Source: Trueperaceae bacterium
GTDB taxonomy: Bacteria; Deinococcota; Deinococci; Deinococcales; Trueperaceae
Assembly (NCBI GenBank): GCA_965215565.1
Contig: CBDCDZ010000004.1
Coordinates: forward strand, 3,232,001 to 3,296,000
DNA: 64,000 nucleotides
Reading direction: 5' to 3'
Shown one piece after another: positions 10,338 through 20,169 of this stretch; the first letter of the stretch is position 1; each line of letters opens with the position of its first letter. Below the pieces are notes generated by a model. That model saw only the letters and a program-made list of their open reading frames with translations. It searched no databases and had not been told where the DNA came from. The translations under genes were made by a program, and so were the position numbers.

Positions 10338-11104
10338 GTGAACAGGTCAGTAAAGAGGCAAGGGAGCCACGAGGGAGTACGGTTTTAGAGGTTCATAACC
10401 TGAGCGTCCGCTACGGCGGCGTGCAAGCCCTTTCTGAAGTTTCACTGAGCGTGCGCAAAGGTGAACTCGTGACGGTCATCGGAGCGAACGGAGCAGGGAA
10501 AACGAGCCTCTTGAACGCGGTGATGGGTATTATTCCCAAGCATGAAGGGTCCGTAGTCTACGCGGATGAAGATATCAGCCGCGCTGTGCCCGAAGGCCTA
10601 GTCGAGAAAGGCATCACCCTCGTTCCCGAACGGCGCGAACTCTTTGCAGCGTTATCTGTCGAAGATAACTTACGTCTCGGTGCGTTTCACCGTTTTCGCA
10701 AGCGGGATAAAAATATCAAAAAGGATTTAGCGCAAGTCTACGACACCTTCCCGCGCCTCGCGGAGCGCAAAAAACAGCTCGCCGGGACGATGTCGGGGGG
10801 TGAACAGCAGATGCTCGCCGTCGGACGGGCAGTAATGAGCCGTCCGCAGCTTCTTCTATTGGACGAGCCCAGCTTGGGACTCGCGCCGCTCATTGTCAAA
10901 GAGATTTTTCGGGTGGTGGAAGGACTCAAGGCGCAGGGGGTCACGGTTTTACTCATCGAGCAAAACGCGAAGGTGGCGCTGAGGTTAGCGGATTACGGGT
11001 ACTTGCTCGAGACCGGCGAAGTCGTCCTCGGTGCGCCCGCGAGCGAACTTGCCAACCACGAGCGGGTAGCGGAGGCTTATCTGGGGTTATCCGCCACCTC
11101 ATGA
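10334..11104 (+). CDS. ABC ATPase, LivF-like
   Basis: GANGAGKT, MSGGEQQM, LLLDEPSLGLAP. Confidence 0.9.
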   Translation: MSEQVSKEAREPRGSTVLEVHNLSVRYGGVQALSEVSLSVRKGELVTVIGANGAGKTSLLNAVMGIIPKHEGSVVYADEDISRAVPEGLVEKGITLVPERRELFAALSVEDNLRLGAFHRFRKRDKNIKKDLAQVYDTFPRLAERKKQLAGTMSGGEQQMLAVGRAVMSRPQLLLLDEPSLGLAPLIVKEIFRVVEGLKAQGVTVLLIEQNAKVALRLADYGYLLETGEVVLGAPASELANHERVAEAYLGLSATS

Positions 11105-11158
11105 TTTAGCGCTGTTCGCCTCACATTCGCTCAAGCGCCCTTCGCTTATCATCTAAAG

Positions 11159-11323
11159 ATGTCCGCTGAAATAATCTTATGGCTTGTAGGTTGCGGCGTG
11201 TTCCTGCTCGTACTCCTTTTCGTCGTGCGCTCCTACGTGCTCCAACATCATGATGAAGATGACGACGAGGCAGAGACTCGTGACGAATCCGAGGCTGAGC
11301 GCAAGGTTGACGCGCCGTCCTGA
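11159..11323 (+). CDS. Small single-pass membrane protein with acidic tail (54 aa; not in ORF track)
   Basis: MSAEIILWLVGCGVFLLVLLFVVRSYVLQHHDEDDDEAETRDESEAERKVDAPS; TATCAT -10 six nt before ATG. Confidence 0.55.
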   Translation: MSAEIILWLVGCGVFLLVLLFVVRSYVLQHHDEDDDEAETRDESEAERKVDAPS

Positions 11324-11339
11324 CGCCCTAACGTCGGCG

Positions 11340-12263
11340 CTACCTCACGAGCAGCTTCGCTACTGCCAAATCCTCTAGCGCTACGCCGACTGACTTGAAG
11401 AGCGTCGTGACCTCTTCACTGCTTCGCTTGGTCTGCTCCGAGACGAGGCTGGCGAGGTCTCCTCTTACCGCTTCAAAGGACCAACCTTCCTGCGCCGCTT
11501 GGATGAGGTCGCCCGCTTCGGCTTTTGCGGCCTCTACGTCATCCACAAACACCTCTGACCTCTTAAACGTCTCACTATCCGACTCGCGCATTTCGGGCGT
11601 GAATGCGCCGACTAAATCGATATGCTGAGCACTACCCCTCAGGTATTCGGCGCGGACGAGGGGTTGGTTTGAGGTCGTTGCCGCGCTTATCGTGTCTGCC
11701 TGACTCAGCACCTCTTCTAAGTTAAACGCCACACTGACCTCTACGTCTGCACTCTCTTTTCGCACCTCTTTCACCGTCTGCGCCGCTCTGCTTTCGCCTC
11801 GTCCCCACACGAAAATCCGTTCGTACTCCCTCACGTGTGCGTGCGCCCGTGCCATGAACGGCGCGAGCGCGCCCGTGCCGATGACGAGGAGCGTCTTCGC
11901 GTTTTCGGGTGCGAGGTATTTCGCCGCTAGCGCCGACGCGCCCGCCGTGCGGATGCGGGTCAAGGCGGTTGCGGCGGTAGAGAGTACGGGCGTTCCGGTG
12001 GGATTCATCAGGGTATAGTGCGCTTGGACGGTGGGGAGGTTTCGGTCCGCGTTCGTCGGGATCACGCCGACTTGCTTTACACCGAACCAGCCCTCGGCGT
12101 CGGCGCAGGGCATGGTGAGATACGTACCCGCTGCGGGCGCGGGGATGACCACGCGCTCGGGGGAGAAGTAGCGAGCGGGGTTTTGAAAAGCGGTCTCCAG
12201 GCTGGTCAAAACCGCGTCCCAAGAGAGCGCGGCCTGCACGTCGGCGTCGTTGAGAAAGTTCAT
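11340..12263 (-). CDS. Ornithine cyclodeaminase / mu-crystallin family protein
   Basis: LTRIRTAGASA, IGTGAL, LFKSVGVALED. Confidence 0.88.
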   Translation of the reverse strand: MNFLNDADVQAALSWDAVLTSLETAFQNPARYFSPERVVIPAPAAGTYLTMPCADAEGWFGVKQVGVIPTNADRNLPTVQAHYTLMNPTGTPVLSTAATALTRIRTAGASALAAKYLAPENAKTLLVIGTGALAPFMARAHAHVREYERIFVWGRGESRAAQTVKEVRKESADVEVSVAFNLEEVLSQADTISAATTSNQPLVRAEYLRGSAQHIDLVGAFTPEMRESDSETFKRSEVFVDDVEAAKAEAGDLIQAAQEGWSFEAVRGDLASLVSEQTKRSSEEVTTLFKSVGVALEDLAVAKLLVR

Positions 12264-12556
12264 GGCAACAGCTTAACGGATGGAGAGGATAGAAGCGTCC
12301 TCGAGTGCTTAGCTTTCGGGTTGGCGAGTTGAGAAAACCTGAAAGGCTCGTTAGGTTCCGCTGATATTTCGTACTTTTTGAACCTGAGATGTACCATACT
12401 GAGTGAAGAAATAAGAAGCTGGAAGGAGGGGGCAAAGAAGAGGGATAGCAAACTGCAGACTTCGTATCGTGTAAGCATTTTTGGCGTGCCTCTCGAAATC
12501 AGATGTCAACACAGCCTAGCTGAGACGCTGCAGTATTCCAAAAGGTAAAGTGTCCC

Positions 12557-13243
12557 ATGTTTCCAAAACCTGAGAACCTAGATGAAGCGCGGCGTCTGCA
12601 GGGCGAGCTTGCGGCGCAGGTGAGGTTGGAGGGGCGTCTCGGGGGCGTCCGCACCTTGGCTGCTCTGGACGCCTCGATGATACAAAACGGACCTATCGTT
12701 GCAGCGGCGGTTCTGTGGGATGTGGCGGCGCAAGAGGTCAGAGAGATAGGGCTCGCGGCGGTGGACCAGGAAGAGGTTTTTCCCTATGTGTCCGGCTTCC
12801 TCTCCTTCCGCGAAGCGCCCGCTTATTTGGGCGCGTTAGCCGAACTCTCTACGCCGCCCGACCTCTTACTCGTGGACGGTCAAGGAATCGCTCATCCGAG
12901 GGGTCTAGGAATCGCGTCGCACTTAGGTGTGCATCTGGACACGCCGAGCATCGGGGTGGCGAAAAGTCGGCTTTACGGAGAAGCAGTAGGGGAGTTGGAC
13001 AAAGAGGTTGGGCGCGCGGTGCCACTCGAGGCCAAACAAGAGCAAATCGGCTGGGTGTACCGCTCGAGGACGGGCGTCAAACCTCTCTACCTCTCGCCGG
13101 GCCATAAGGTTGAAATGCTCGAGGTCTTGAATTTCGTCCGCAGCTTGCCGGGAAAAACCAAGCTGCCCGAGCCGCTGAGACAGGCGCATAACTGGGCGGG
13201 CAAGGCGCGCAAGGAAGGGTTAAGAGGTCGGCGCGTCCCGTAA
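12557..13243 (+). CDS. nfi: Endonuclease V
   Basis: FPYVSGFLSFRE, VDGQGIAHPRGLGIASHLG, GVAKS, SPGH, LPEP. Confidence 0.92.
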   Translation: MFPKPENLDEARRLQGELAAQVRLEGRLGGVRTLAALDASMIQNGPIVAAAVLWDVAAQEVREIGLAAVDQEEVFPYVSGFLSFREAPAYLGALAELSTPPDLLLVDGQGIAHPRGLGIASHLGVHLDTPSIGVAKSRLYGEAVGELDKEVGRAVPLEAKQEQIGWVYRSRTGVKPLYLSPGHKVEMLEVLNFVRSLPGKTKLPEPLRQAHNWAGKARKEGLRGRRVP

Positions 13244-13392
13244 GAGTTGCCTCACGCGCCTACAGCGCCGCGCGGTAAACTCGCCTTTATGCGCGGTCTT
13301 TTCACCCTTATTTTGTTCGTCGCTGTAGTCGGCGTGTATCCTCTTTAAGTCGTCCGCCCCTTCGCCCGGACCACATCCGGCGTCCCGAAGAC

Positions 13393-13872
13393 CTACAACC
13401 CCTCTTCCCCCTGCGCACTGACCAAAGGACGCTGCGCCGTAGAGGTCACGAAGCCGTGGAGCGGCGCAAGGGAGTCCAACCTGAGCCAGTCCCCCGCCGC
13501 CACGTCACCGGGTAGGCCCGCGAAAACGCTCACGATTAGAGGAATGCCCGCATCTATGACGACGGTGCGCTGCTGCCGCAAGAGCACCGGGCCCTGCGCG
13601 TGAACCCGGCTGAGCCCCGTGACCTCCAGACGCTTGCGCCTCTCGGCGGCTTTCTCGACGGTTTCGGTCATCGCGTTGACGATGATCTGTGCGCTGCCCG
13701 GCACGACGCCGTACGGACCCGTGCGCTCCAACACATGAAAGATTTTCCCTGCCGCGCTGCATTCCAAGAGCGGATTACCCTCCGTGCGCGAAAAGAGCTG
13801 CACGCTCGCGGCGTAGGGTCTCCACTGAGAGATGAAATTTTCGATCGAGTCTTCGAAGGCAGTCTCGGGCAT
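13393..13872 (-). CDS. Hypothetical protein
   Basis: Clean 159-aa ORF; TAGACT -10 seven nt before ATG. Confidence 0.65.
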   Translation of the reverse strand: MPETAFEDSIENFISQWRPYAASVQLFSRTEGNPLLECSAAGKIFHVLERTGPYGVVPGSAQIIVNAMTETVEKAAERRKRLEVTGLSRVHAQGPVLLRQQRTVVIDAGIPLIVSVFAGLPGDVAAGDWLRLDSLAPLHGFVTSTAQRPLVSAQGEEGL

Positions 13873-13970
13873 GGAGGACAGTCTAACCTACCGGTTACGC
13901 GGTACGAGGGCGCGTAGCGGCGGTTGGCGAAAGAGAATACAGGACCTCTTGCGAAGTGGTAAGCTAAAGT

Positions 13971-14042
13971 ATGTCGTTTCAGACGCCCCCGCCGCCCTCA
14001 TAGCCCACCCCGCCGTGATGCACACTGGCGGGCGTTTTTTTT
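13971..14042 (+). promoter_or_regulatory. Leaderless poly-Pro mini-ORF (MSFQTPPPPS*, 13971-14003) plus intrinsic terminator (14009-14042); putative attenuator
   Basis: Extended -10 TGGTAAGCT five nt before ATG; four Pro codons; CCCGCCGTG/CAC(T)GGCGGG stem followed by T8. Confidence 0.5.
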
Positions 14043-14199
14043 GCGCGATTGGACGGGGCCCTGCAGGGTGGTAGGGTGGCTCTGAGGCTCAGTGTAGCGG
14101 CAAGCATACTGAGAGACGCAGATATTATCGTAAACATGTGCCACACGGCGTGACGTGAGCGCGTTTCTGACCGGATGATACCTGCTATCAGGAGGACCC

Positions 14200-14898
14200 A
14201 TGCTCGACAAACTCAGCCAAGTACAACTGCGTGACTTAGACCTCGATACCTTACAAGAGGAGAAGGGGCGCACCCCCAAAGACCTCGTCGCGGCGAGGGA
14301 GCGCAAAGAGGCGTTAGAGGCGCGCCTAGCGCAGACCGAGGCGCGTTTCAGTGAGGTGCGCCAGGAGGTAAACCGCAACGAGCTGGAGATTAAAACCTTG
14401 AACGAGCGCCGTGAGAGCGCCGCGAACGCCGCCATCGCAGCGGGCCCGACGCGCGAAGCGGCGCAGTACCAGAATCAGGAGTTGCAGTTCGCGACGCGCG
14501 TGCAGGAGCTAGAGGACGACACGCTGCCGCTCATGGAGCGCATGGAGGGGTTAGAGGGAGAAGTCGCCGAGCTTAAAGCCGCGCTCGCCGAGCTAAAACC
14601 TCAACTGAGCGAACTGGCCCAAACGGAAGAGGCGCGTGTCGCAGGGGTCGAGGAGAAAATCAGCACTTTGACGGACGAGCGCAACGCCGCCGCCGAAGGC
14701 ATCGACGCCCCGCTCCTCAAGCAGTACGAACAGGTGCGCCGCGCCAAGCGCGGCGTCGGCGTCGTGCCGATCGTGGACAACCAGCGCTGCGGCGGGTGCA
14801 GTATGCGCCTGCCCATCCACGTGATCCAAAAGACTAAAACGGGTAAAAAGATCACCCGCTGCCCGAGCTGCGGGCGGATTTTGTGGGCGAAGGACTAA
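14200..14898 (+). CDS. Coiled-coil C4-type zinc-ribbon protein (DUF164/CT398-like)
   Basis: LQLRDLDLD N-terminus, long coiled coil, CGGC...CPSCGRIL; RBS AGGAGG. Confidence 0.85.
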   Translation: MLDKLSQVQLRDLDLDTLQEEKGRTPKDLVAARERKEALEARLAQTEARFSEVRQEVNRNELEIKTLNERRESAANAAIAAGPTREAAQYQNQELQFATRVQELEDDTLPLMERMEGLEGEVAELKAALAELKPQLSELAQTEEARVAGVEEKISTLTDERNAAAEGIDAPLLKQYEQVRRAKRGVGVVPIVDNQRCGGCSMRLPIHVIQKTKTGKKITRCPSCGRILWAKD

Positions 14899-14900
14899 AA

Positions 14901-14970
14901 GCAGCAATGAGTTGAAAATAGCGAGCAATGAGCATTGAAGTTCCACTTTTTGCTCGTTGCTCATTGCTGT
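14901..14970. repeat. Heptamer-repeat hairpin (AGCAATG/AGCAACG), copy 1
   Basis: GCAGCAATGAG..GCGAGCAATGAGC vs TGCTCGTTGCTCATTGCTG. Confidence 0.7.
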
Positions 14971-15240
14971 TTTCCTCCTTGGAGCAGTTCCATTTATCAT
15001 TGCTGCACTTCTCCGCAAATCTCAGCCTGTCAAGGTTAGCGGAACTTCATCCCTGAAAGTGCGTGCTAGGCGATGTTCTCTTTAGTAAGAGCGTTGCTTC
15101 GCTTACGAAGTTTCCCTCCGGGAATGGCTTCGCCCAAGCTGACCAGATGATTGAGCGAAGCTATACGAAGTAACCTGCTATTACATTCTTCACGCCGGGT
15201 GTCCGCGCTATACTGGCGGACACATGAAAGAGGTGAAGTG

Positions 15241-16089
15241 GTGAGTACAGTTCCAAGTATCACGTTAAATAGCGGCAAGACGATTCCGCAGCTCGGCTTC
15301 GGCACGTATCAGATCAAACCCGAGAACGCGGTGGAGGCGGTCAGCAAGGCGCTCGAGGTGGGCTACCGCCATATCGACACCGCGCAGATGTACGGCAACG
15401 AGAAAGAGGTCGGCGAGGCGATTCACGCTTTTAGCGCGGACCGGAGCGAGGTTTTCGTCACGAGCAAGCTCAACAACGGCTTTCACGAACCGGACGACGC
15501 GCGCCGGTCATTCGACGAGACGCTCTCCAAGCTCGGCGTTGAGTACGTAGACCTCTTTCTCATCCACTGGCCCCTGCCGACACGCTACGGCGGCGACTAC
15601 GTCTCGACGTGGCAGACCTTAGAGGAGTTCTACCGTGACGGACGCGCGCGCTCGGTCGGCGTGTCGAACTTTCAGGTCGCGCACCTAGAGCGGCTCGCCG
15701 CCGAGAGCGAGACCGTGCCCGCCGTGAACCAGATCGAGGCGCACCCTTACTTTCTCAACGGTGAGGTGCGCGCTTACGGTCAAGAACACGACATCGAGAC
15801 CGAGGCGTGGTCGCCCATCGCACAAGGGGAAGTCCTAGACGACGCCACGATCACGAGCATCGCAGAAGAGGTCGGTAAGACGCCCGCGCAGGTGGTGTTG
15901 CGCTGGCACATCCAACGCGGCGACATTGTGTTTCCCAAGTCGGTAACGCCCTCGCGCATCGAGGAGAACTTCGCGATCTTCGACTTCGAGTTGGATTCCG
16001 GCGCTATGGATAAGATCAGCGCCTTGGGCAAGGGCGAGGCGGGACGCACCGGACCGAACCCGGACGAGTTCGACTACATCCCGGACTAA
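15241..16089 (+). CDS. Aldo/keto reductase (2,5-DKG reductase-like)
   Basis: LGFGTYQ, GYRHIDTAQMYGNE, LIHWP, GVSNF, PKSVT; start placed at GTG 15241. Confidence 0.9.
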   Translation: MSTVPSITLNSGKTIPQLGFGTYQIKPENAVEAVSKALEVGYRHIDTAQMYGNEKEVGEAIHAFSADRSEVFVTSKLNNGFHEPDDARRSFDETLSKLGVEYVDLFLIHWPLPTRYGGDYVSTWQTLEEFYRDGRARSVGVSNFQVAHLERLAAESETVPAVNQIEAHPYFLNGEVRAYGQEHDIETEAWSPIAQGEVLDDATITSIAEEVGKTPAQVVLRWHIQRGDIVFPKSVTPSRIEENFAIFDFELDSGAMDKISALGKGEAGRTGPNPDEFDYIPD

Positions 16090-16113
16090 GAGGGATCAGG
16101 TTAAGAGGAGAGC

Positions 16114-16566
16114 TTACCGCTTCTGCCGAAAGTTCCGAATCTTCGCCGTGATGATGAAGTCGCCCTCAAAGAGGTAAAACTCCTGCAACTCGAGACCCTC
16201 CACCTGCTGGTTCATGAGCGACTGAATATCTAGGAGCAGCTTGGGCTCACGCTCGCCGCGCTGAATGCGAATGCCCTCGGGTAAGGGGATGCGCTCGGTG
16301 ATGAGGTTGAGGAGGCGGTGCAGCGGGATAATGTAAACGTTGGTGGCGAGGTCAAAGGTGGCGACGCCCGCCGCAAAAGAGCGAAAGGTCAGCTCGAGCC
16401 TGATTTTCGGCGCGATTCGGTGTAGCGCCTGGGGCAGCGAGGTCTTGGGGTCGATCGTGACATGGACGGTGTTACCTTGCGCGATGATGCGCTCGATTTG
16501 CGGCGGGAGCGGCTTGTCACTCGTGGCGAGGTCTATCGCTTCGGGAAAGGGCAAGACGAGCTGCAT
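16114..16566 (-). CDS. Hypothetical protein in the recF operon
   Basis: 150-aa ORF abutting the dciA stop. Confidence 0.65.
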   Translation of the reverse strand: MQLVLPFPEAIDLATSDKPLPPQIERIIAQGNTVHVTIDPKTSLPQALHRIAPKIRLELTFRSFAAGVATFDLATNVYIIPLHRLLNLITERIPLPEGIRIQRGEREPKLLLDIQSLMNQQVEGLELQEFYLFEGDFIITAKIRNFRQKR

Positions 16567-17409
16567 CTAGTGCCACCGCCCCAACGCTCTGGCGACTCTC
16601 GCGTCGAGCCGGTCAAAGTCAGCCTCTGAAATCTCGCTCAAGGGTTTCTCCAAGAGGTGCGCCAAGTAGCAGCGGGCGGCGCTCTCTAGGTGCGGCCTAT
16701 AGGTGGGGTCCGCGAGCACGTGCGGGAGGAGTTCTTGCAGCTTCTCTTTGAGGTACGCTCTCGCGAGATAGGCCGCCACGTGCCGCTCGTCGTCGCTCAG
16801 CATGGGCGTCGCTTGGGCGGGGTCAAGCGCGAGTTGATGGCTCGCACGTTGGATGAGGCGTGAGCCGCTGTAGCGCGTGCACACCGTGCAGAGTGCGCCA
16901 CTTCCAATTAGCGTTTCGCAGACCGTACAAGGGGTCCAACCTTCGGACAAGCGCCTCGAGCGGTACGCGAGCATCGCTTTGGCGGCTTGCATAGTGGGTC
17001 TGGAGAGGTCGTCGGGCAAATCCAACTGACCGAGTTGACGCGCGAGCGTCGCCAAGGCCTTAGGGTCAACGGGCGCTTCGGGGGGCTTCTCTTTAGGCGC
17101 ATCCGGCGGAGCCTGCCGCCCCACCCGGAAGCGCACCTCTTTGATGTCCTTCACGCCGAACTTCGCCCGGTAGACGTTCAAGAATTTCTGCCGCTGAAAG
17201 CTCAGGTGCATCGCCGTCTCCGAGTCGGGCACCTCGACGAAGAGCGTGCCGTCCTGGACGCTCCGCGCGGTGGTGAACCTGGCGACGTTTGCGCCGACGA
17301 CTTGGGGCCATAAGAGCACCGCTTCGGCGCGTCTGACGCCGCGCCGCATCCCGCCGCGCTTAAAGACTTCGGCGAGCACGTCGGCGACGTTGCTCGGTTT
17401 ATTCGTCAT
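16567..17409 (-). CDS. dciA: DUF721/DciA family protein with C-terminal CxxC..CxxC extension
   Basis: WPQVVGANVARFT...GTLFVEV...HLSFQR; CTVC..CTVC; downstream of recF. Confidence 0.75.
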   Translation of the reverse strand: MTNKPSNVADVLAEVFKRGGMRRGVRRAEAVLLWPQVVGANVARFTTARSVQDGTLFVEVPDSETAMHLSFQRQKFLNVYRAKFGVKDIKEVRFRVGRQAPPDAPKEKPPEAPVDPKALATLARQLGQLDLPDDLSRPTMQAAKAMLAYRSRRLSEGWTPCTVCETLIGSGALCTVCTRYSGSRLIQRASHQLALDPAQATPMLSDDERHVAAYLARAYLKEKLQELLPHVLADPTYRPHLESAARCYLAHLLEKPLSEISEADFDRLDARVARALGRWH

Positions 17410-18449
17410 GATCTATCCACATTGACCTGACCCCCTGATACAAAAAAATGTTTCGCTGCGTGCGGCGGCGCTTCGGTGCCACTTACCAGTGCCTGCGGCG
17501 TATTCGCGGCGAGCGAGAGGAGAAACTCGCGTCGCCCCGCGTCGAGTTCGGCGGTGAAGTCGTCCAGGAGGAGCACGGGCGCTTCGCGGTGTTTTTCGTT
17601 CAAGAGCCTGTACTCGGCGACGCGCAGGGCCAACGCGGCGGTGCGTGCTTCGCCGCGAGAGCCGTACGCCTGCACGCTGTAGCCGTTTAGCGTCAACACG
17701 AGATCATCGCGGTGGGGTCCCACGACGGTGACGCCGCGAGCGCGCTCTTCGTCTTCACTCGCGAGGAGCGCCGTTTCTAAAGCCGGTCCCTCTGCGCTCG
17801 CTAAACTCACGCCGAGTTCTTTATCCTGCCCCGATATCTCCGCGTAGCTCGCTCTGGCGATGTCGCAAATGCGCCCCACCGCCCGCTCCCTGAGCGCCAT
17901 GATTTCACCGCCCAGTTCCACAAAGCGCTCCGTCCACACGCTCAGCGTCGGGTCAACCCTCTTCAAGCTCGCGTTGCGCTGTTCCACCACCCGATTATAC
18001 TCGCGGCTGAGGAGCGCGTAGCGGTACGAGAGGCGACTCAGCAGCGAGTCGAGGTAGTGCCGCCGCGCCGAGGGCGAGCCGTGGACCATGTCGGCGTCCT
18101 CAGGCGTGACGAGCACCGCCGCCGCGACTTTGGCAAGCTCAAAGGTCCGCACGTTCTGCCCGTCTAAGCGGATCACCTTGCGCCCCGGCGCGAGCCCGAT
18201 CTGCGTCGTGCTGACGCCATCATCCCGCTCGATTTGGGCACTCACGAAGCCCTCCTCCTCACCGATGCGCACCGTCTCGGCGATTTTACCGCCCGGCAGT
18301 TCGCCCGTGCAGCCCAGATACACCGCCTCTAACACGTTCGACTTGCCCGCCGCGTTGCGCCCGACGATGGCGTTGACACCGGGGGAGAACTCGAGCCTCG
18401 GCGTCCGCAAATTGCGGTAGTTGAGTTGCGACAGCGACAGCAGGAGCAC
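17406..18449 (-). CDS. recF: DNA replication/repair protein RecF
   Basis: NYRN, GRNAAGKSN, GPHRDD, GSRGEAR, LLLDDFTAELD. Confidence 0.93.
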   Translation of the reverse strand: MLLLSLSQLNYRNLRTPRLEFSPGVNAIVGRNAAGKSNVLEAVYLGCTGELPGGKIAETVRIGEEEGFVSAQIERDDGVSTTQIGLAPGRKVIRLDGQNVRTFELAKVAAAVLVTPEDADMVHGSPSARRHYLDSLLSRLSYRYALLSREYNRVVEQRNASLKRVDPTLSVWTERFVELGGEIMALRERAVGRICDIARASYAEISGQDKELGVSLASAEGPALETALLASEDEERARGVTVVGPHRDDLVLTLNGYSVQAYGSRGEARTAALALRVAEYRLLNEKHREAPVLLLDDFTAELDAGRREFLLSLAANTPQALVSGTEAPPHAAKHFFVSGGQVNVDRS

Positions 18450-18882
18450 GGCGTAGTGTAACCGAGAAGTAGGGAGGAGGAAAAGTAAGAGACGTGCAGG
18501 CTTCGCACCTCTTGTTCCTTAATTTCTACTTCTTACTCTACCTTTAGCACTTTCAAAACATACTGAGACGGATGAGTACAGGTTTCGGCTCGCAGACCGA
18601 TTCCGCTAGGCTTTGCCTGAGAGCGGGATTTCATCACCAAATGTATGTGCCAATTACGAAGTTTTCGCAAAGCGAAACAGTATCTCTTACAGTGAAAGTA
18701 TTTCTAACCAGACGATTGCGTGAAGCTTCCGAAGGAACCTGCTACTTAATGAACCTTTTCTAAAGCCCTGCGAAGTCTCAAGCTCTGCTAAACTCTGTAA
18801 GAAGTATCACTTTACAAAATGTCTGCTCGCACCGCGTCAAGTCGCCTCTCCATTTCCACTCAACTATGCTCTGGAGGATTTT

Positions 18883-20166
18883 ATGCGCTATCCAAACAAA
18901 CTCAGCACCCTCGCCCTATTCCCCTTTCTCGTCCTTTTGCTCGGAGGGTGCGGCGGCATCTTTTGCGGCACGGAGACCTACACCTATACCGAAACGGTCC
19001 CGGTCTACGTGCAGAAGAGCGAGATGGACAAGGTGGAGAGCCGCGCTCCGCGTGACATCAAAGAGCCCGGCAAAATCTATCTGCACGGCACCCTTATCTT
19101 GATCAACGAGGTAAATGAGGGCGTCCATATTTTAGACAACAGCGACCCTAAAAACCCTGTTCCCCTCTCGTTCATCGCCATCCCCGGCAACCACGACCTC
19201 TTGGTGCGCGAGGACGAGACGGGCAGGGTTCTCTACGCGGACAACTACACCGACCTCGTCGCCATCGACCTCAGCGATCCGCAAGAGGTCAGCGTGATGA
19301 AGCGGGTGGAGGATGTGTTCGTCGATTTCTACCCTCAGCCTGTGGACGAAGAAATCAGTCCTGAGCAGTTCTTAACAGGGTACGAAGAGGGCAGGGAGAT
19401 TACAGAGACCTATAGGGATTGTGGCGGCTTCGTCGAGGACTCACCTGTTGCTGCTCCCGCGCCTTCTCCCGGCAATGGTGGCGGTGAGGGTGCGTCGCAG
19501 GGTGGCTCGCTGGCGCGGTTCGCGGCACTCGAGAATTTCCTCTACGCCGTCAACGGCGACGAGATTCAGAGCTTCCGCTTGGAGTCGCTGGACAACCCCG
19601 TCGTCTTCAACAGCACCTTCGTGGACTTCGGCATCGAAACGCTCTTTGTGTATGGGCGCGAGTCGGGCGATCAGCTCTACGTCGGCGGCAACCAGGGCAT
19701 GTACATCATGGACGCGAGCGACCCGGAGAACCTGCGCAAAGAGGGCGAAATCACCCACGTGCAGAGCTGCGACCCCGTCGTCGTGCAGGGCAATCTCGCC
19801 TACGTGACCCTGCGCGGGAGCTGCTTCGGGCAGAGCAACCGCTTAGAAATCATCGACGTGTCCGACGCGCGTTCGCCCGAGCTTATCGTGGACTACGCGC
19901 TGCAAGAGCCTTACGGCTTAGGGGTGGACGGTGACTACCTCTTCGTCTGTGACGGGGCGGCGGGGCTCAAAGTGTACGAGAACGCCAGAGACCCCAAAAA
20001 CTTGGACCTCATTATGCAGTTAGACGAGGTGAAGGCGAGGGACATCATCCCCTTTAACGACATCGCCATCGTCATCGCGGAGAACGGCTTTTTCCAGTAC
20101 GACTACAGCAACTTGGCGCAAGGGGAGATGACACTCTTGAGCAGCATTCTTGTGGCGGAGGAGTGA
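18883..20166 (+). CDS. LVIVD-repeat lipoprotein (beta-propeller-like)
   Basis: Lipobox LLGGC; repeats GVHILDNSDP, LYADNYTDLVAIDLSDP, SCDPVVV..AYVTLR, LFVCDG. Confidence 0.75.
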   Translation: MRYPNKLSTLALFPFLVLLLGGCGGIFCGTETYTYTETVPVYVQKSEMDKVESRAPRDIKEPGKIYLHGTLILINEVNEGVHILDNSDPKNPVPLSFIAIPGNHDLLVREDETGRVLYADNYTDLVAIDLSDPQEVSVMKRVEDVFVDFYPQPVDEEISPEQFLTGYEEGREITETYRDCGGFVEDSPVAAPAPSPGNGGGEGASQGGSLARFAALENFLYAVNGDEIQSFRLESLDNPVVFNSTFVDFGIETLFVYGRESGDQLYVGGNQGMYIMDASDPENLRKEGEITHVQSCDPVVVQGNLAYVTLRGSCFGQSNRLEIIDVSDARSPELIVDYALQEPYGLGVDGDYLFVCDGAAGLKVYENARDPKNLDLIMQLDEVKARDIIPFNDIAIVIAENGFFQYDYSNLAQGEMTLLSSILVAEE

Positions 20167-20169
20167 ATT

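Noticed and set aside
11722..12435. Long alternative-frame or antisense ORFs (also 48231-48944, 60396-60971, 62918-63484)
   Set aside because: Arg/Pro/Ala-rich shadows of real genes in GC-rich DNA
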